Shown piece after piece: positions 10,701 to 23,400 of a stretch of DNA of 64,000 nucleotides. The translations under genes were made by a program, and so were the position numbers. Each line of letters starts with the position of its first letter. The first letter of the stretch is position 1. The notes beneath the pieces are model-generated. The model did no database searches. It had not been told where the DNA came from and worked only from the letters and a program-made list of their open reading frames with translations. The DNA is from Macrostomum hystrix (lineage: Eukaryota; Animalia; Platyhelminthes). The stretch lies in contig CATNEN010000038.1 of assembly GCA_950097015.1 (NCBI GenBank), forward strand, positions 28,954,001-29,018,000, given 5' to 3'.

Positions 10701-13199
10701 CAACTGCTCATGGTTTTTTTTCCAGAAAAATACAAATAAGAGCTATAACAAATTGTTTTTAATAATATTGCTTCCCCAACTTTGCTTCACAACAACTTCA
10801 CAACACATATGTGAAAAAAATGTGAAGCTAAATTATCATTAGGACCAATTAACCAGCGATAGACTCACATGAGATGATTCCAAAGCCTGGAGCAGCAGCT
10901 TAGTGACCTCGACCTGTTTGTCAAACTCCGATTGCAGCCGTTCGCACTCATCTTCGGCCTAAAATTTAGAATTGTACGAGTACGATTAGTAATTTCGACG
11001 GTTCTCGCTCGCACCGTAGTTTAGATTTAGATGTACCCTCGTAATATATTGATAGTTCAATACGAGCGTAAATAAACGAGAAGATAAGCTTCATAAGAGA
11101 GACACAAGGTACAAAACTTAAAGGGTTTTTTAGTGCCTGGCGAGTGACGGCGGTGGCATTGCCTGTATCTTGGACGACGAAGGCATGGTTGTGAGTCTTG
11201 CCAAGTTTCAAGTGGGGGCTTGTCGTGCAATTTACGCCCTTAAGAACCAAACTAAAGGGTGAGAGTGTGAGAGTGTACATGATATGAGACAATGAGAAAG
11301 TCAATACGGATGTACAGACCTGTGTGAGCGTGTACGTGTCTGCGTACGGTATCTGTGTGTGTGTGTGTGTGTGTGTGTGTGCTCTAGGTCTAGTGTCACG
11401 AAATTATGTGTTGTTGTCTGCAGCCCTGCAGCAATTATTTTTATTATTTAAGTCGGTTGTCAACCAAGGGACAAAGAAGTTTTATCGATGTTGTCTGCCG
11501 CCTGTGAAATTCGCATCTTTTTGCCCCTTCGACATCAAGAATTTTTTTAAACTTTTCCCTGCATCTGCGCATATATTTGTAAGAGAAGCGATCTTGCACT
11601 AACTTGAAGCCAACTAGAAATGCAAGTTGTGCAGTTTACATCTACTACCGTCTACTACTCTGGCACTCAACCAGTGTGATCCCGATTCTGGAAAAACAGA
11701 AGACCTCGCTTTAACAGACAGATGAATTTTAAAAAGAAACGCAACAAAAATAGATACCAATTTTTTAGCCGGATCCTGTTTCGCCCGTTTGACACGCGCC
11801 TTAGCCGAGTCCAAGTCTAGACGCAGATTCTCAAGTGTTCGCCTCTCCCGTTGAATTGTTTTCATGTCGCCGGCTAGAAACTGGCGCATCGGTCGCAACA
11901 TTGCGGCATTGGCGGCGCAGACAAAATCTCGCTCCAAATGAGCCAGGCGCAGCTCTGCCTGTCCCACTTTAACCAGACTGCTGCCGTACTCGCTACCAGG
12001 GCCGAGCTCATTTCCGGACGTCAGGAGAGCGTTGCCCAGCTCCTCTAGCGGTGTCGGACGATCGCGCTTGCCTCGCTCCAATTTTTCGAACATCATATCC
12101 TTTTGAATAAAGCCAGTCAAGAATATTAAAAACGCGATTTTTTTCTACCCGCGGTCAATGATTACAAAAGTTGAACGAGGAAACACTCTTGATTCATGGA
12201 AAACAAAGAGTATTAAGGATCAGTTTTAAGCTAAAAATGCATTGATGAGACGACTGAGGCTCACACTGTCTTGCATCCTTCTTTCTTGGTAGTCTTTGTC
12301 CATAATATAAGAGTATTTGAAAAATTGAGTCGCATTAAAATCTGACCTCAACCCGGTGCGCCGGATTGGGCTCCAATACAGCCTCAGTGCTAGCAACAAT
12401 GCGCTCAGTCCACGTCTGCGACTGGTCGGCAGAGTTCAAAAGATTTTCAAAGTCGGCATCGTACTCTGTGCGCTCGGCCTGTCCTAGCTTCTCCTCTGTG
12501 TACTGACGGAATGGAAATATAAATAAACATTAGACATTCGGAATTATAATAGCATACTTAAAAAATAACTTTGTCATAACGGAGATCTAAAAAATGTGAA
12601 TAGCACAGGAACAAAACATATTCCACCAGAAAAAAAAATAATTTAATAAAACATATTAACCTAATAATCTAGCCCCACTGTCCCATTCTTTGCTGCTTAA
12701 TAATATTAATAAAAATTATTGCAGCAAGTAGAAGAAGGATTTCAAAAATCTATATTAATAAATATATATTTAGTTTGCATATATTTTTTCTAAATTAAGT
12801 AATTTAATTCCAATCAATAAAACCCAAGCAGACTGTTTCTAAACATTTTTATGGATATGGGGCCTAGTAAAATATTTAGTTTTTTTGTTTTTCCAAAAGA
12901 AAACAGCAATAAATGCAAACATAGTAAGATTCGAATTTTTGTTATTTAGAAACTAAATAGAATGTGAAAATCGACTCGGCTGTAATGCGCGGAGCCATTA
13001 AGAAACATCTGACACATAAGCCAGTAACATAATGTAAGTATAAGTTCAGAAATTCTGAGTATTGATAAGTTATGATAAATAAAGTTTTTTGTAGCAAAAT
13101 TGTTATAGTTTTTAAGCTCTAGCGCGAGATAAGCTACGTTACCTGGACTGCCCTGTTGAATGAGGCACTAATGTCGTCAGTAAACTTTTTAAAATTCAT
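7715..13199 (-). CDS. SH3GLB1: Endophilin-B (N-BAR), ~255 aa, apparently lacking SH3
   Basis: GT-AG exons: 13199-13143 (MNFKKFTDDISASFNRAVQ), 12502-12347 (YTEEKLGQAERTEYDADFENLL..EPNP), 12099-11758 (..GNELGPGSEYGSSLVKVG..RLDLDSAKARVKRAK), 10958-10869 (QSEFDKQVEVTKLLL), 8269-8169 (HLRCLNEFVDAQMQYY) and a putative last exon 7736-7715 (RLNVQLN*). All phases are compatible and the sequence is colinear with endophilin B1. The last exon is less certain. Confidence 0.9.
7960..8122 (-). mobile_element. tRNA-derived CORE-like SINE (family A)
   Basis: On the minus strand: A box (tagccgagtgg), B box (gattcgattcc), then gcaaggcacttaactct..cttcagttcacccagctg, resembling the MIR/CORE domain. Homologous to 8890-9103. 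Confidence 0.7.
8890..9103 (-). mobile_element. tRNA-derived CORE-like SINE (family A)
   Basis: tRNA-like head ggggttgtagcctagcggtcagagcg..ggttcggttcc, then cccttagcaagacacttaactctgcatcgctttagttcacccagctgttaactcatggg, then a 3' tail shared with 20745-20924. Confidence 0.75.
9118..9452 (-). mobile_element. tRNA-derived SINE (family B)
   Basis: Reverse-complement homology over its full length to 14862-15223. Confidence 0.8.
11150..11445 (+). mobile_element. Diverged family B SINE with internal (GT)n expansion, in an endophilin intron
   Basis: Shares gggcttgtcgtgcaatttacgccct, gagaaagtc, cctgtgtgagcgtgt and the gcagccc..gcaattatt tail with 14862-15223. Confidence 0.7.
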
Positions 13200-14650
13200 A
13201 TTTTAATCGTGTATAATTTTCTGTATGAAAACAATGCGTACAGCTTTCAAAACCTAGCTTTAAAGCCTTTATATGTTAACAATTATTTCTCAAAATACAA
13301 CAAAGCTCAGTATTCTGTGAAGTTTCGTCTTAGGATCTAATCAAATTAAATTATTTTATTTAAGTTATCGGAAAAGCAGTAAACAAAGTTAAATTAATCT
13401 TTTGTTACTTAATATCCAGTTCTGTAAGGATAAACACCTTTAATTTATCTAATTAAATGTTGATTCCTTAAAATTAGATAATTGAGGTACACTTTGTGAT
13501 GCTTTGTTTTACTAACTTTAAAATTCGTGTATCACAGCCGGTACTTTTCGTAAAGTCTAGCAAACAATTATATAAACATAAATAACTTGTCAGCCTGATT
13601 CAGGGAATCTGGCTTTGTTTTATAGTGCTGAGTGATTTATATTTGTGGTTTATAAGATTTGCTTTTATATTCTATTACAGCTTACGGTGAGATTCTGTAG
13701 TTAATGCAAATATTTTCCTTGTCTGACCTACATTTGAGACTTATTACTGAAAATATGAGGATCAAAGCTCTACAGAAATATTTCACGATACTTTAGCTTA
13801 ATTTTCTTAAACTTACTTCATTCATAACTCCATGTGCCTCATATCCTGTGGTTACGTCAAAGAAATAAATACTGCAAGTATATATCTTCGGCCAAGTTCG
13901 GCCAATTCTGCATGTATGTGCATGTGTATGGAAATACAATTACAAATACTAATATTTTCCACGCAAAAAAGTATATAAAAATAAATATGTAGGAATCTAT
14001 GCTGAAAAATTGATCTGCATACATGCACAGCTATAAGTTTATTATTACTCAGCAAATGTGTGTTGGCCGGGTTTGTGTACAGTTGTATTCAACTCACATG
14101 CATGTACAACTAATAGTTCCGTTTGCACTGATTTCGGCTGCTGACATATGCTATTTTGTTGCCTTTGTACCCTAATTATCAATGAGAAAGTTTTTTTTCT
14201 AGCATTATAGTTAGTTATAGCCTTTTAATTCGACCGTAGAGAAAGAAAAAACAGATAGTATAAAAAAGAACAGTTGCTGTCATCGATCAAATTCCACTCG
14301 ACCTTTTTTCTGAAAATTTTACCCACCCATCCATTGTGCTAAAGTGTAGCGGTATACAATCAAGACGAGAAATCCACAATCAGCAGTACGTGTACATTCC
14401 TGTACAGGATTTGTGTTGCTTCCGACAAGAAGCATTAAGGAATGTTAATTTTCAACATTGGAACCTTTCAAAAAGCGCATAAAAACATACATACAGCTAG
14501 CAGTACACTTACATTGCATAATAATTGCGTTTGCTTGCAATAAGTTCTTCATTGGCCTACTATTCAGTACACGTCCTTTGACATTGCATGCATGTAACAT
14601 ATAGTAGCGATTTAAGTAATGCGAAAGCTAATGCATATTAAAAAAAAATT

Positions 14651-14827
14651 TTATTAACTGCAAGAGGGCTGCGGGCAATGGTACACCACTTTGTAACTGT
14701 ATGACCTGCAGCCAGCGAGGAGGCTGTTCTGCCCATTTCTCTGACTCCAGAGCACAGATGCACGCAGATACCGTACGCAGGCACACGCTCACACAGTGTG
14801 TGCACTGCCCTGACTTTTTCATCGTCG
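14651..14827 (-). mobile_element. 3' half of a family B SINE, inverted relative to the adjacent full copy
   Basis: Reverse complement matches ~15040-15220. Confidence 0.8.
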
Positions 14828-14861
14828 ATCTCATCTCGTGTAAGCTTTTTACTGTGCTTAG

Positions 14862-15223
14862 GCGGTCGGTGGGAGAGTGGTTATCGCGTTTGCCTCTCGC
14901 ACCACGGTCCCTAAGTTCGATTCCACGGCGAGGCCACATTTATTTGGGGCGCAGCCGCGGAGAGAAGGCTTGAGGGCTTGTCGTGCAATTTACGCCCTTG
15001 AGGGCCAACCTCCAAGGCACAGTGAAATATACACTGCCTGACGATGAGAAAGTCAGGGCAGATGTACACACCTGTGTGAGCGTGTGCCTGCGTACAGTAT
15101 CCGTGTGCGTGTGTGCTCAGGAGTCAGCGAAATGAGCAAAATTGCCTCCTCGCTGGCTGCGTGTCTAGTGTCACTAAATGATGTGCCAATGCCCGCAGCC
15201 CATCTGCAATTATTATTATTATT
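14862..15223 (+). mobile_element. Full-length tRNA-derived SINE (family B)
   Basis: A box (gtgggagagtggtt), B box (gttcgattcc), ~290-bp body with hairpins and an (ATT)n tail; at least 5 copies in the window. Confidence 0.85.
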
Positions 15224-15361
15224 GTAGTTAGCCTACGCGTGTTGAAACGAGGTTGAAACTAGCGGCAGCCCGCCCTCTGCTGTTGTCTATATGGTCGAAT
15301 TCCATAGATATGCACTGCGGGCGGACCGTGAAACGCGTTTCACGCCCGCTAACTACAACAC

Positions 15362-15698
15362 CAATATTGATAGGCTGCTCGGGCTGAAACGAGGTGAAAC
15401 GCCTCGGCGATACGCGCCTCAACGTTTTATCTCGTTTCAGCCCTCTGCAGCCTATCAATATTGGAACTTTACCGGTTGGGTGCCGAGCAAGTTAATGGCG
15501 GTCGATCGAGGCGCCGAGATCGTAATCGCCATTAACTGCGAGGCAGCCAACCGGTAAAAGCATTATAAGGCTTCAGGCCATAGACAAATCAACTCCCCCT
15601 ATAACGCTATCTGGCGGCTGTCGGTCGACAAGCAACGGCGTTATAGGGGGAGTTGATTTGTCTATGGCCTGAAGCCTTATAATGCTTTTACCGGTTGG
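15362..15698. repeat. Cluster of three adjacent fold-back inverted repeats (MITE-like or hairpin RNA)
   Basis: Imperfect hairpins at 15362-15462 and 15468-15558. Perfect 61-bp arms at 15547-15607 / 15638-15698 with a 30-bp spacer. Confidence 0.85.
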
Positions 15699-16039
15699 TA
15701 AAATACTTTAAATGATAATTAAAAGAAACAAATATAAGCGTCCAAATTTTGTCAGCTTCTGGCTCATGGCGGATTGGCGCAGTTTGTGCCATAGACATGC
15801 CATTATCGCTGAGTGATCGTTTATACCATAATACGTTGCTGAAGCCTTATAATGGTATATTATAGCTTTTTGCAGACCATTTGATCCTTCGAGCATTCGA
15901 TTTAATCCACAGTGGCAAAAGCCAAGCATTTCAGGCCAATTTTCACGTTGTCTATGGCCAAAAGTATGTAATAACTTTCTATACATAGTACATAGCTAAG
16001 GAATCATGACGATTCCTTCACCACAAGTTAGATTTTTGG

Positions 16040-16375
16040 ATCACCTCTTAGTATAGTAAGGTCACCCGATAGTACGTAGGGTCACCCGATAGTAAGTAGG
16101 GTCACCTGTTAGTACGTAGGGTCACCTGTTAGTATGAAGGGTCACCTGTTAGTACGTAGGGTCACCTGTTAGTATGAAGGGTCACCTGTTAGTACGTAGG
16201 GTCACCTGTTAGTATGAAGGGTCACCTGTTAGTACGTAAGGGTCACCTATTAGTACGTAGGGTCACCTGTTAGTACGTAGGGTCACCTGTTAGTATGAAA
16301 GGTCACCTGTTAGTACGTAGGGTCACCTGTTAGGACTTAGGGTCACCTATTAGCACATTAGGTCACCTGTTAGAT
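16040..16375. repeat. 20-bp minisatellite (gggtcacctgttagtacgta)
   Basis: ~16 visible tandem copies. Confidence 0.95.
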
Positions 16376-16727
16376 AGTAGAATCTTCTATCTCTTTTAGA
16401 CATTCCTGACAAATTCGGAAAGTGAATAGCTATAGCGATTGCCAGCATTAATCACCGCAGGTGCAGCACAAATTTCTTAGGATGATAAGGCAGAGAATTT
16501 TTTGCTTTTGAAGCTTAACTGATCAAAGCTGAATTACGGGTGTCATTGATTAATTGCAGCTATATTTTCTTCCGTTTGCTCCAGCTGACATTGATAGTAA
16601 ATATATTTACCGTAAATTTTCAAATAATATTATTTCTTGAAGATAGTATATGCTCGTACTATAGTAACATAAGTAATGTTTGATAAGTCTGCTTCTATAA
16701 ATTGAGTACATGACCTGCTTCTACTTA

Positions 16728-16892
16728 ATCACCTGTTAGACAGTATAGGATCACCTGTTAGACAGTATAGGATCGCCTGTTAGACAGTATAGGATCACCT
16801 GTTAGACAGTATAGGATCACCTGTTAGACAGTATAGGATCACCTGTTAGACAGTATAGGATCGCCTGTTAGACAGTATAGGATCACCTGTAA
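16728..16892. repeat. Minisatellite (gatcacctgttagacagtatag)
   Basis: ~7 tandem copies. Confidence 0.95.
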
Positions 16893-17554
16893 AACAGTTT
16901 TAAGAGCTTCACAGGTTTACAGATAGTTTTACAATTGCTAAAAGTCGTACATAAAAAATATGAGATTACATCAAGAAATGAAGACGTTATACAATTTTGG
17001 TGATTTGTTTTTGCATTAACATGCATACATAGCATTGTATTAATTTGTTTGACCTCTGTTAATTAGCTGAAAATTCGCATACTTACCTATGAGCACCACT
17101 GATTTGTTCTCTGATTATACGACAAAAAGTCAACTCCATCACGTGTACTGCGTTCTTTAAAAGCTATCATCTATACAGCATGGAACGATGTTTGAGTACT
17201 TGAGTTGTATATTCGACACTAAATAAATATGGCTAATGGAAATTGCGATTAGCTAGTCGAGAGATAAGGCAGGCGTGTGTACTCGTATATTAATTATGGA
17301 CTGAATAAAGCCGTTGAAATAATCATACTAGAGAATGAATCTAAAATGATTTATGAGTTATGACCCCATATGCTCAATAGCTCATATGCGAGTAAAAATA
17401 CACATATACGCGCTCGTATATATACTATACTGTGTGTATAGTATTATATAATCCTATAATCCTATAATACGAGTATAATACACGCATATAATCCTATACT
17501 GTATTTATCGTATTTATCACGTATACAGAATCCGAATATTGATATGTTAAAAAC

Positions 17555-18465
17555 AGGTGGGATGAGAAACACAGACATTTGGGATGAGGATAAGAGACAT
17601 TTGGGATGAGGATAAGAGACATTTGGGATGAGGATAAGAGACATTTGGGATGAGGATAAGAGACATTTGGGATGAGGATAAGAGACATTTGGGATGAGGA
17701 TAAGAGACATTTGGGATGAGGATAAGAGACATTTGGGATGAAGATAAGAGACATTTGGGATGAGGATTAGAGACATTTGGGATGAGGATAAGAGACATTT
17801 GGGATGAGGATAAGAGACATTTGGGATGAGGATAAGAGACATTTGGGATGAGGATAAGAGACATTTGGGATGAAGATAAGAGACATTTGGGATGAGGATA
17901 AGAGACATTTGGGATGAAGATAAGAGACATTTGGGATGAGGATTAGAGACAGTTGGGATGAGGATTAGAGACATTTGGGATGAGGATAAGAGGCAGTTTG
18001 GGATGAGGATTAGAGGCATTTGGGATGAGGATAAGAGACATTTGGGATGAGGATAAGAGACATTTGGGATGAGGATAAGAGACATTTGGGATGAAGATAA
18101 GAGACATTTGGGATGAGGATTAGAGACAGTTGGGATGAGGATTAGAGACATTTGGGATGAGGATAAGAGGCAGTTTGGGATGAGGATAAGAGACATTTGG
18201 GATGAGGATAAGAGACATTTGGGATGAGGATAAGAGACATTTGGGATGAGGATAAGAGACATTTGGGATGAAGATAAGAGACATTTGGGATGAGGATTAG
18301 AGACAGTTGGGATGAGGATTAGAGACATTTGGGATGAGGATAAGAGGCAGTTTGGGATGAGGATTAGAGGCAGTTTGGGATGAGGATAAAAGGCAGTTTG
18401 GGATGAGGATAAGAAGCACTTGGGATGAGGATTAGAGACAGTTTGGGATGAGGATTAGAGACAGT
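17555..18465. repeat. 22-bp minisatellite (gagacatttgggatgaggataa)
   Basis: ~40 tandem copies; explains ORFs 17462-18328 and overlapping ones. Confidence 0.95.
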
Positions 18466-20446
18466 ATATGGAAGTGGATTAGTGACTATTGAATCTCATA
18501 TAATAATGCACGTTTATCTGGAAAATAGAAAACTGTATTTTGAAAAAAGTAAAAAACAGATTACTTGAAGCCGTGACCAAAAAAAATTACTTACGAGCCT
18601 CAAACACGTAGATGTGTATGGGTTGCTTAAAATTTGAAAAACGCATTTTGCGAAAAAATGAGATTCCGTTAAGATAAGGAGCTACTATAGGATTGTTACC
18701 AGACGAACGATCCTTATCTTTGATTACGTAATCGTAATAGTTTTCAGACTGCGGCCGTTGTAAACGGCACTAATTCTCTCTATGTCCAAAATTAAGAAAC
18801 TGCATTATGTAAAAAAGCATTAAAAAACAGCCCATGAATTTTCTAATTTTTCGAAATGTTTGAAATTGCTCGACTGAATAACCCGCGCCTCTCGGAATAC
18901 AGAAGTTTTCCTCATTATAATGCGTCTCTTTTTATTCATAGAAATAAAATTAAAACAATAATAAAAATAACTTTAAAACTTATTTATAGGTTAGGTACTG
19001 TATTTATTTCAGTGTCGAATTTCTTAACTAGATTTTCTAAAGAAAATTAAAGCATATTGTTATAGTAAGCAAATCGAATTTTTCACATTTATTTGCTTAT
19101 TTGAAGCGTGATGCTCGTTTCGGAAAATCTCAACACCGGAGTATAAATAGCAAGCAAAGGCTTTTTGTAAATAAAATAATGAATTAAACAACTAATTGCA
19201 AGTGCATAATTTTTTTCTATTAATCTAATATTAACATGTGGGTGTCTTTGCATTCAATGAAAATCAAAAAAGCAACTTGAGAAGCGAAAATATCTGTCGT
19301 CTTAAACAAAATTAGGAAAACGAATTTCATTTTTGTACTTATATTTAACGATGCGAATTCAGTAAATCAGTTTGTATGTTAAAACATTTGTTATAGTTAT
19401 TCTTTTTTATAACAGTATTAGCATAATTAATATAAAAACTCTCGTAAGGTTGTTTCAAAAGACAGTCTTAATTAAGAACGTGAAAAAATAATTTTGTGCT
19501 GCTATTGATAACTTTTAGCACTTTAAGCACTTAAATGTTTTTTAATTGCACACATGACTACTTTAGCTATATGTATTTATTGGTTTTCATTTTTAAGATT
19601 ACCTTGTGTGCACACTTGCAAAAAATAGTGCAGAAATTTGATTAAAATTTTAAGACATTAAAATTTCTGCGAGAAGAAGCTGATAAAAAAATAATATGCT
19701 TTATAATATGGATTGTTTAACTGCCCATTGTCACTTGCTTTGTTAGTGATAAAACGAGTTGGTCTATATGAATATGCGCATACGACACCGTGAAGATTGG
19801 GGTAATTATTATGTAATTACTCGTAGATTTCTCAGAAATCGCTAAATAAGTTTTAAGCAAGCGCAAAAATATTTCGTTTTAGTACATTTTTGTTATAAAT
19901 AACTATAAGCTACACCAATATGCAGTTAAACAAAAAATGCCAAGCTATCGTTCTGAACAGTGTTTTTTGAAACGCGGTGACAAATAATTTATGATTTGTA
20001 ACGAATTTTGTATTAGCCATGCATTATACAGAGTTGCAAAGCGCTATCAAATACCTTGCGCGGCCAACAGGTCGGCGCTAGTCGATTAGCTCATTGTACA
20101 AAGCTTTAGCTTAGCAGAGGAGAGCCACTTTTGGTTCAGGAAGTAAATGAATTGGAAGAGAGTCAATGATAATTTGGATGGGGTAAAAGATAATATGGAA
20201 GTTATAATGGAGGGAGAAGAAGAAGAAGATGAACAAAGACTGGAATGGTGAATTCGATATTCTGATAGCTAATAAAATGACTGCAGATTTTTTTATTAAA
20301 ATTTGTGACAAGCAGACTAAACAAAATTAATAAAATAATGAATATTGTGAAGAATCACATGTGAGACTTACAAGTACAAAAGCAATGAACAATAAATAAT
20401 ATCAAATTTACAATCAGCTGTTGCGAATAGCTAGGCTAGCGCGACA

Positions 20447-23400
20447 TCAAGCATGATGATCTCGACTGCAGGTCAGTCGGTGAAACATCTGCTCGTTGAT
20501 CTCCTGACTGCGGTCCGGCTTTCTCAGGCTCAAGAACACGTAGCCGCCAATCATCTCGGCGAGGGTCTTGCAAACGGACAGTCGGGAGGCGAAGAACGGA
20601 CTTGGTGTCAGGGTCATCTCGTGCGGCGGGCGGTTGAGGCACACTCGCAGGCTCATCACTTCCCAGTTGACTGTCCACGAACTCAGCTCCTATAGTTTTC
20701 AATTTTGAATCGGAAAAGAATGATAATACTGATAAAAGATTACACCTGTACTGTTACGGCGGTTCAGTCCATGGACTGGGCCGTAACGCCAAACCCGCCC
20801 TCTCATTTACCCCAGCAACAATTGTACCAGTGAAGGACACAAATTGGTCTAGTGCAATCGGGAATCGAACCCCCGACTTTCAAGCCGTGATTCCGACGCT
20901 CTACTCGCTAGGCTAAAATCCCCGCTAGTAGCTATACAAATAATTGCACAATTAAGTCACCTGTGCCTTGAAAAAGCAGTAGCTACCTGGAGCTAATACT
21001 CACGAGACAATTGTTTCAGTCTCAGTGTCTCGATGTCGCCATATAGCCAATGCATGTTGCACGACTTTACCTGCAGCACTCCAGTGGACTTTTTGCAATA
21101 CCTTATGCTATATATACGTAGCTAATAAAATAATTTGCAGTAGGGCAGTGGGTATTTTACCACACAAAATGTAGGTCCACAGTCTACCCGCCAGCACCGA
21201 CAAAATTAACTCCCTGAACCCCAATGTCTATCTGTACAAGGACGCAGAAAAAGCATCTCTTCTGATGTACCCGCCCCGTATCACATTTCAGTCACTCACC
21301 TGATAGCGCCAAGTGTTCAGTATATCTCCAGTCTGCGTGTCTAGTCGCATTATCCGATTGAAAGCGACACCAAATAATTCCTCGTGATCTTTTCTTCTCT
21401 CCTTTTTGAATTCGCTGAACGTCATCGGTTTGGAGCGCGACTCGACGTATTGGACAACGAAGTAGGCGACACCGTGCATAGGCAGCCGCTGCCAGGTGCG
21501 AATGTACTCAAGCTTGGACTCTAGCAGGTTCAGTGTGCGCACGTTGGAATGCCGCTCCAGGATTCCCTGCGAATTAGGTTTTTGTGAATTGGGAAGACCG
21601 TGGATATTTCGAATATCCACATTTTTCTTTTCACTGTATCTCCAAAAATGTTCGTTTGGGGGCTATCGTAAAGTAGGCAGTGGGCATTTGAAATACCCCC
21701 GTGGAGTTTCCCCAGGGGGAAAATAGCGAGGTCTTTCCTCTGTTGAGGCATTGTAGCTAGATATGGGTTCAAAACTTTTGCTAGGGCCGACCAACGCCAC
21801 CAAACACTCATATTGGATATCCGATAGACTGTACAATAGTCTAGAATAAATTATAGCTCAGTATGGCTAGAGCATCGAACTTTTGACTGATGGGTTTAGA
21901 GTTCGAATCTCGGCAAGAGGAAAAAATGTGTCCTATAAATGAGACTCTTGTACGACTTGTAAGACTATTATTGGAACTTAGTGGGCGTTGTAAGCATAAA
22001 TTTACCGTAAAACATAAAAAATGTCGCCCATCATCAGCATACCATAAAGCACCTCTGCTTCCTGACTCACCTGCAGCAGCGCTCGGCTCTTGTGCTTCTT
22101 CAAACATCTGGCGGCGACAAAGTCGGCCACATCAATGCTGGGCATGCTGTCCACAGTGAGCATCGGCTGCGGTCTCGGCGCCTGCATGTCTAGCCGGGCA
22201 AGAGTCTCCTTGAGCTCGCTGTCGAACAGATTCTTGCTAGCCAGAGTTTTGCCACGCGAGGCCAAAGAAATGGCGGCCACCCACTGAGCGTACTGGTCCT
22301 TGGTCTCGCAGCGCAGCCAGACCTCCTGCATCAGGCCCGCTGGCGTCAGAATGAACAGTCGAATGCCGAACTTCCTGGTGGTCATGTTCAAATCTGGCAC
22401 AACTTCCGCATTCTTCAAGTTGAAGGACTCGCTGAAGCCAGTCATGTTACTGGCCGCTGCCTGATCTGCATAAAGGTAGAGAGTTGTGTCCCGCAGCGCA
22501 AAGAAGTATCGCTTGTAGTTCTTGAGTGTAAAGCGCTTCGGCTTAAAAAACTTTAAATAGCCTGACAGTTCCGGAATTTCGCGCACCTCCGGTAGCTTCT
22601 GCTGTTGCACGGGAGGTGACTGCTGCTGCGACTGCTGTCGCGACAGATTTCCAATACCGTAGGGCGTGTCGGACATCAGCGACATCTCCAGGTCTGCCAG
22701 AGCAGCGTCTATTTCATCGTCGGCTGCAGTGTCTTCATCGGCAGCTGCAGCAGCTGCACCTGAAGCTGGACTCGAGGATGAACTTGTAGCCTTTTGCGGA
22801 TCATTGGCCTGTAGGTGAGCCTGAAGCTGCAGAGCCGCCAATAGCAGCATCTCCTCATCAGTGCACTCGATCTCCTCCGTCAGCAACGACCACTTGACCT
22901 GCTCGTAGATCTGGTTGATCCTAATAGCGTCATACTTGATGTTCAAATCGTAGAACGCGAAGTACTTGAAGCGCAGCAGCAGCTCCTCTTCGCAGCCTGG
23001 CCGAACGCCCTGCTCCATGAGCGACTTCGATGAATCTAGCCAAGTTACAGACAGTTGAGCTCGATCGATGTTACTTCGCAGTCTCTGGAGGCCTCTCTCT
23101 TCCAGAGCCGTCTGCAGCGGAACATGTGGACTGTTGGCTAGGCAGCTCTCGTCAGCGCCTTCAAAAGCCAGCGAGTTGATGGACATCGGTGACATGAGGC
23201 TGGCTAGACCCGGATCTCCCAGCCGCGGACTGCCGGGTGACCGGATCAAGCTGTCAGTGCCGTTGCCGTACGGTGAAGTGGCACCAATCACTGAGGAGGG
23301 CGGCTTCGGCACGAGAGGATTGAAAGCGTCACTTCGTCGATTATTCGATAGGCGCTTGCGAGAGTCCAGAGTGTCACTGCCGCCGTTCCTGTTCATAGAG

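Noticed and set aside
15030-15070. Hammerhead-like CTGACGA..GAAA..GTC in family B SINE
   Set aside because: No room for stems II and III, and stem I does not close; the segment folds better as a simple hairpin (ctgcctgac/gtcagggcag).
17086-17200. Possible isolated exon with a minus-strand GTAAGT donor
   Set aside because: No convincing reading frame or partner exons found.
17462-18328. Repetitive ORFs here and at 38434-39112, 39382-40158, 40395-40886, 54929-55690, 56815-57111 and 63033-63387
   Set aside because: By-products of tandem arrays, several inside defined introns.
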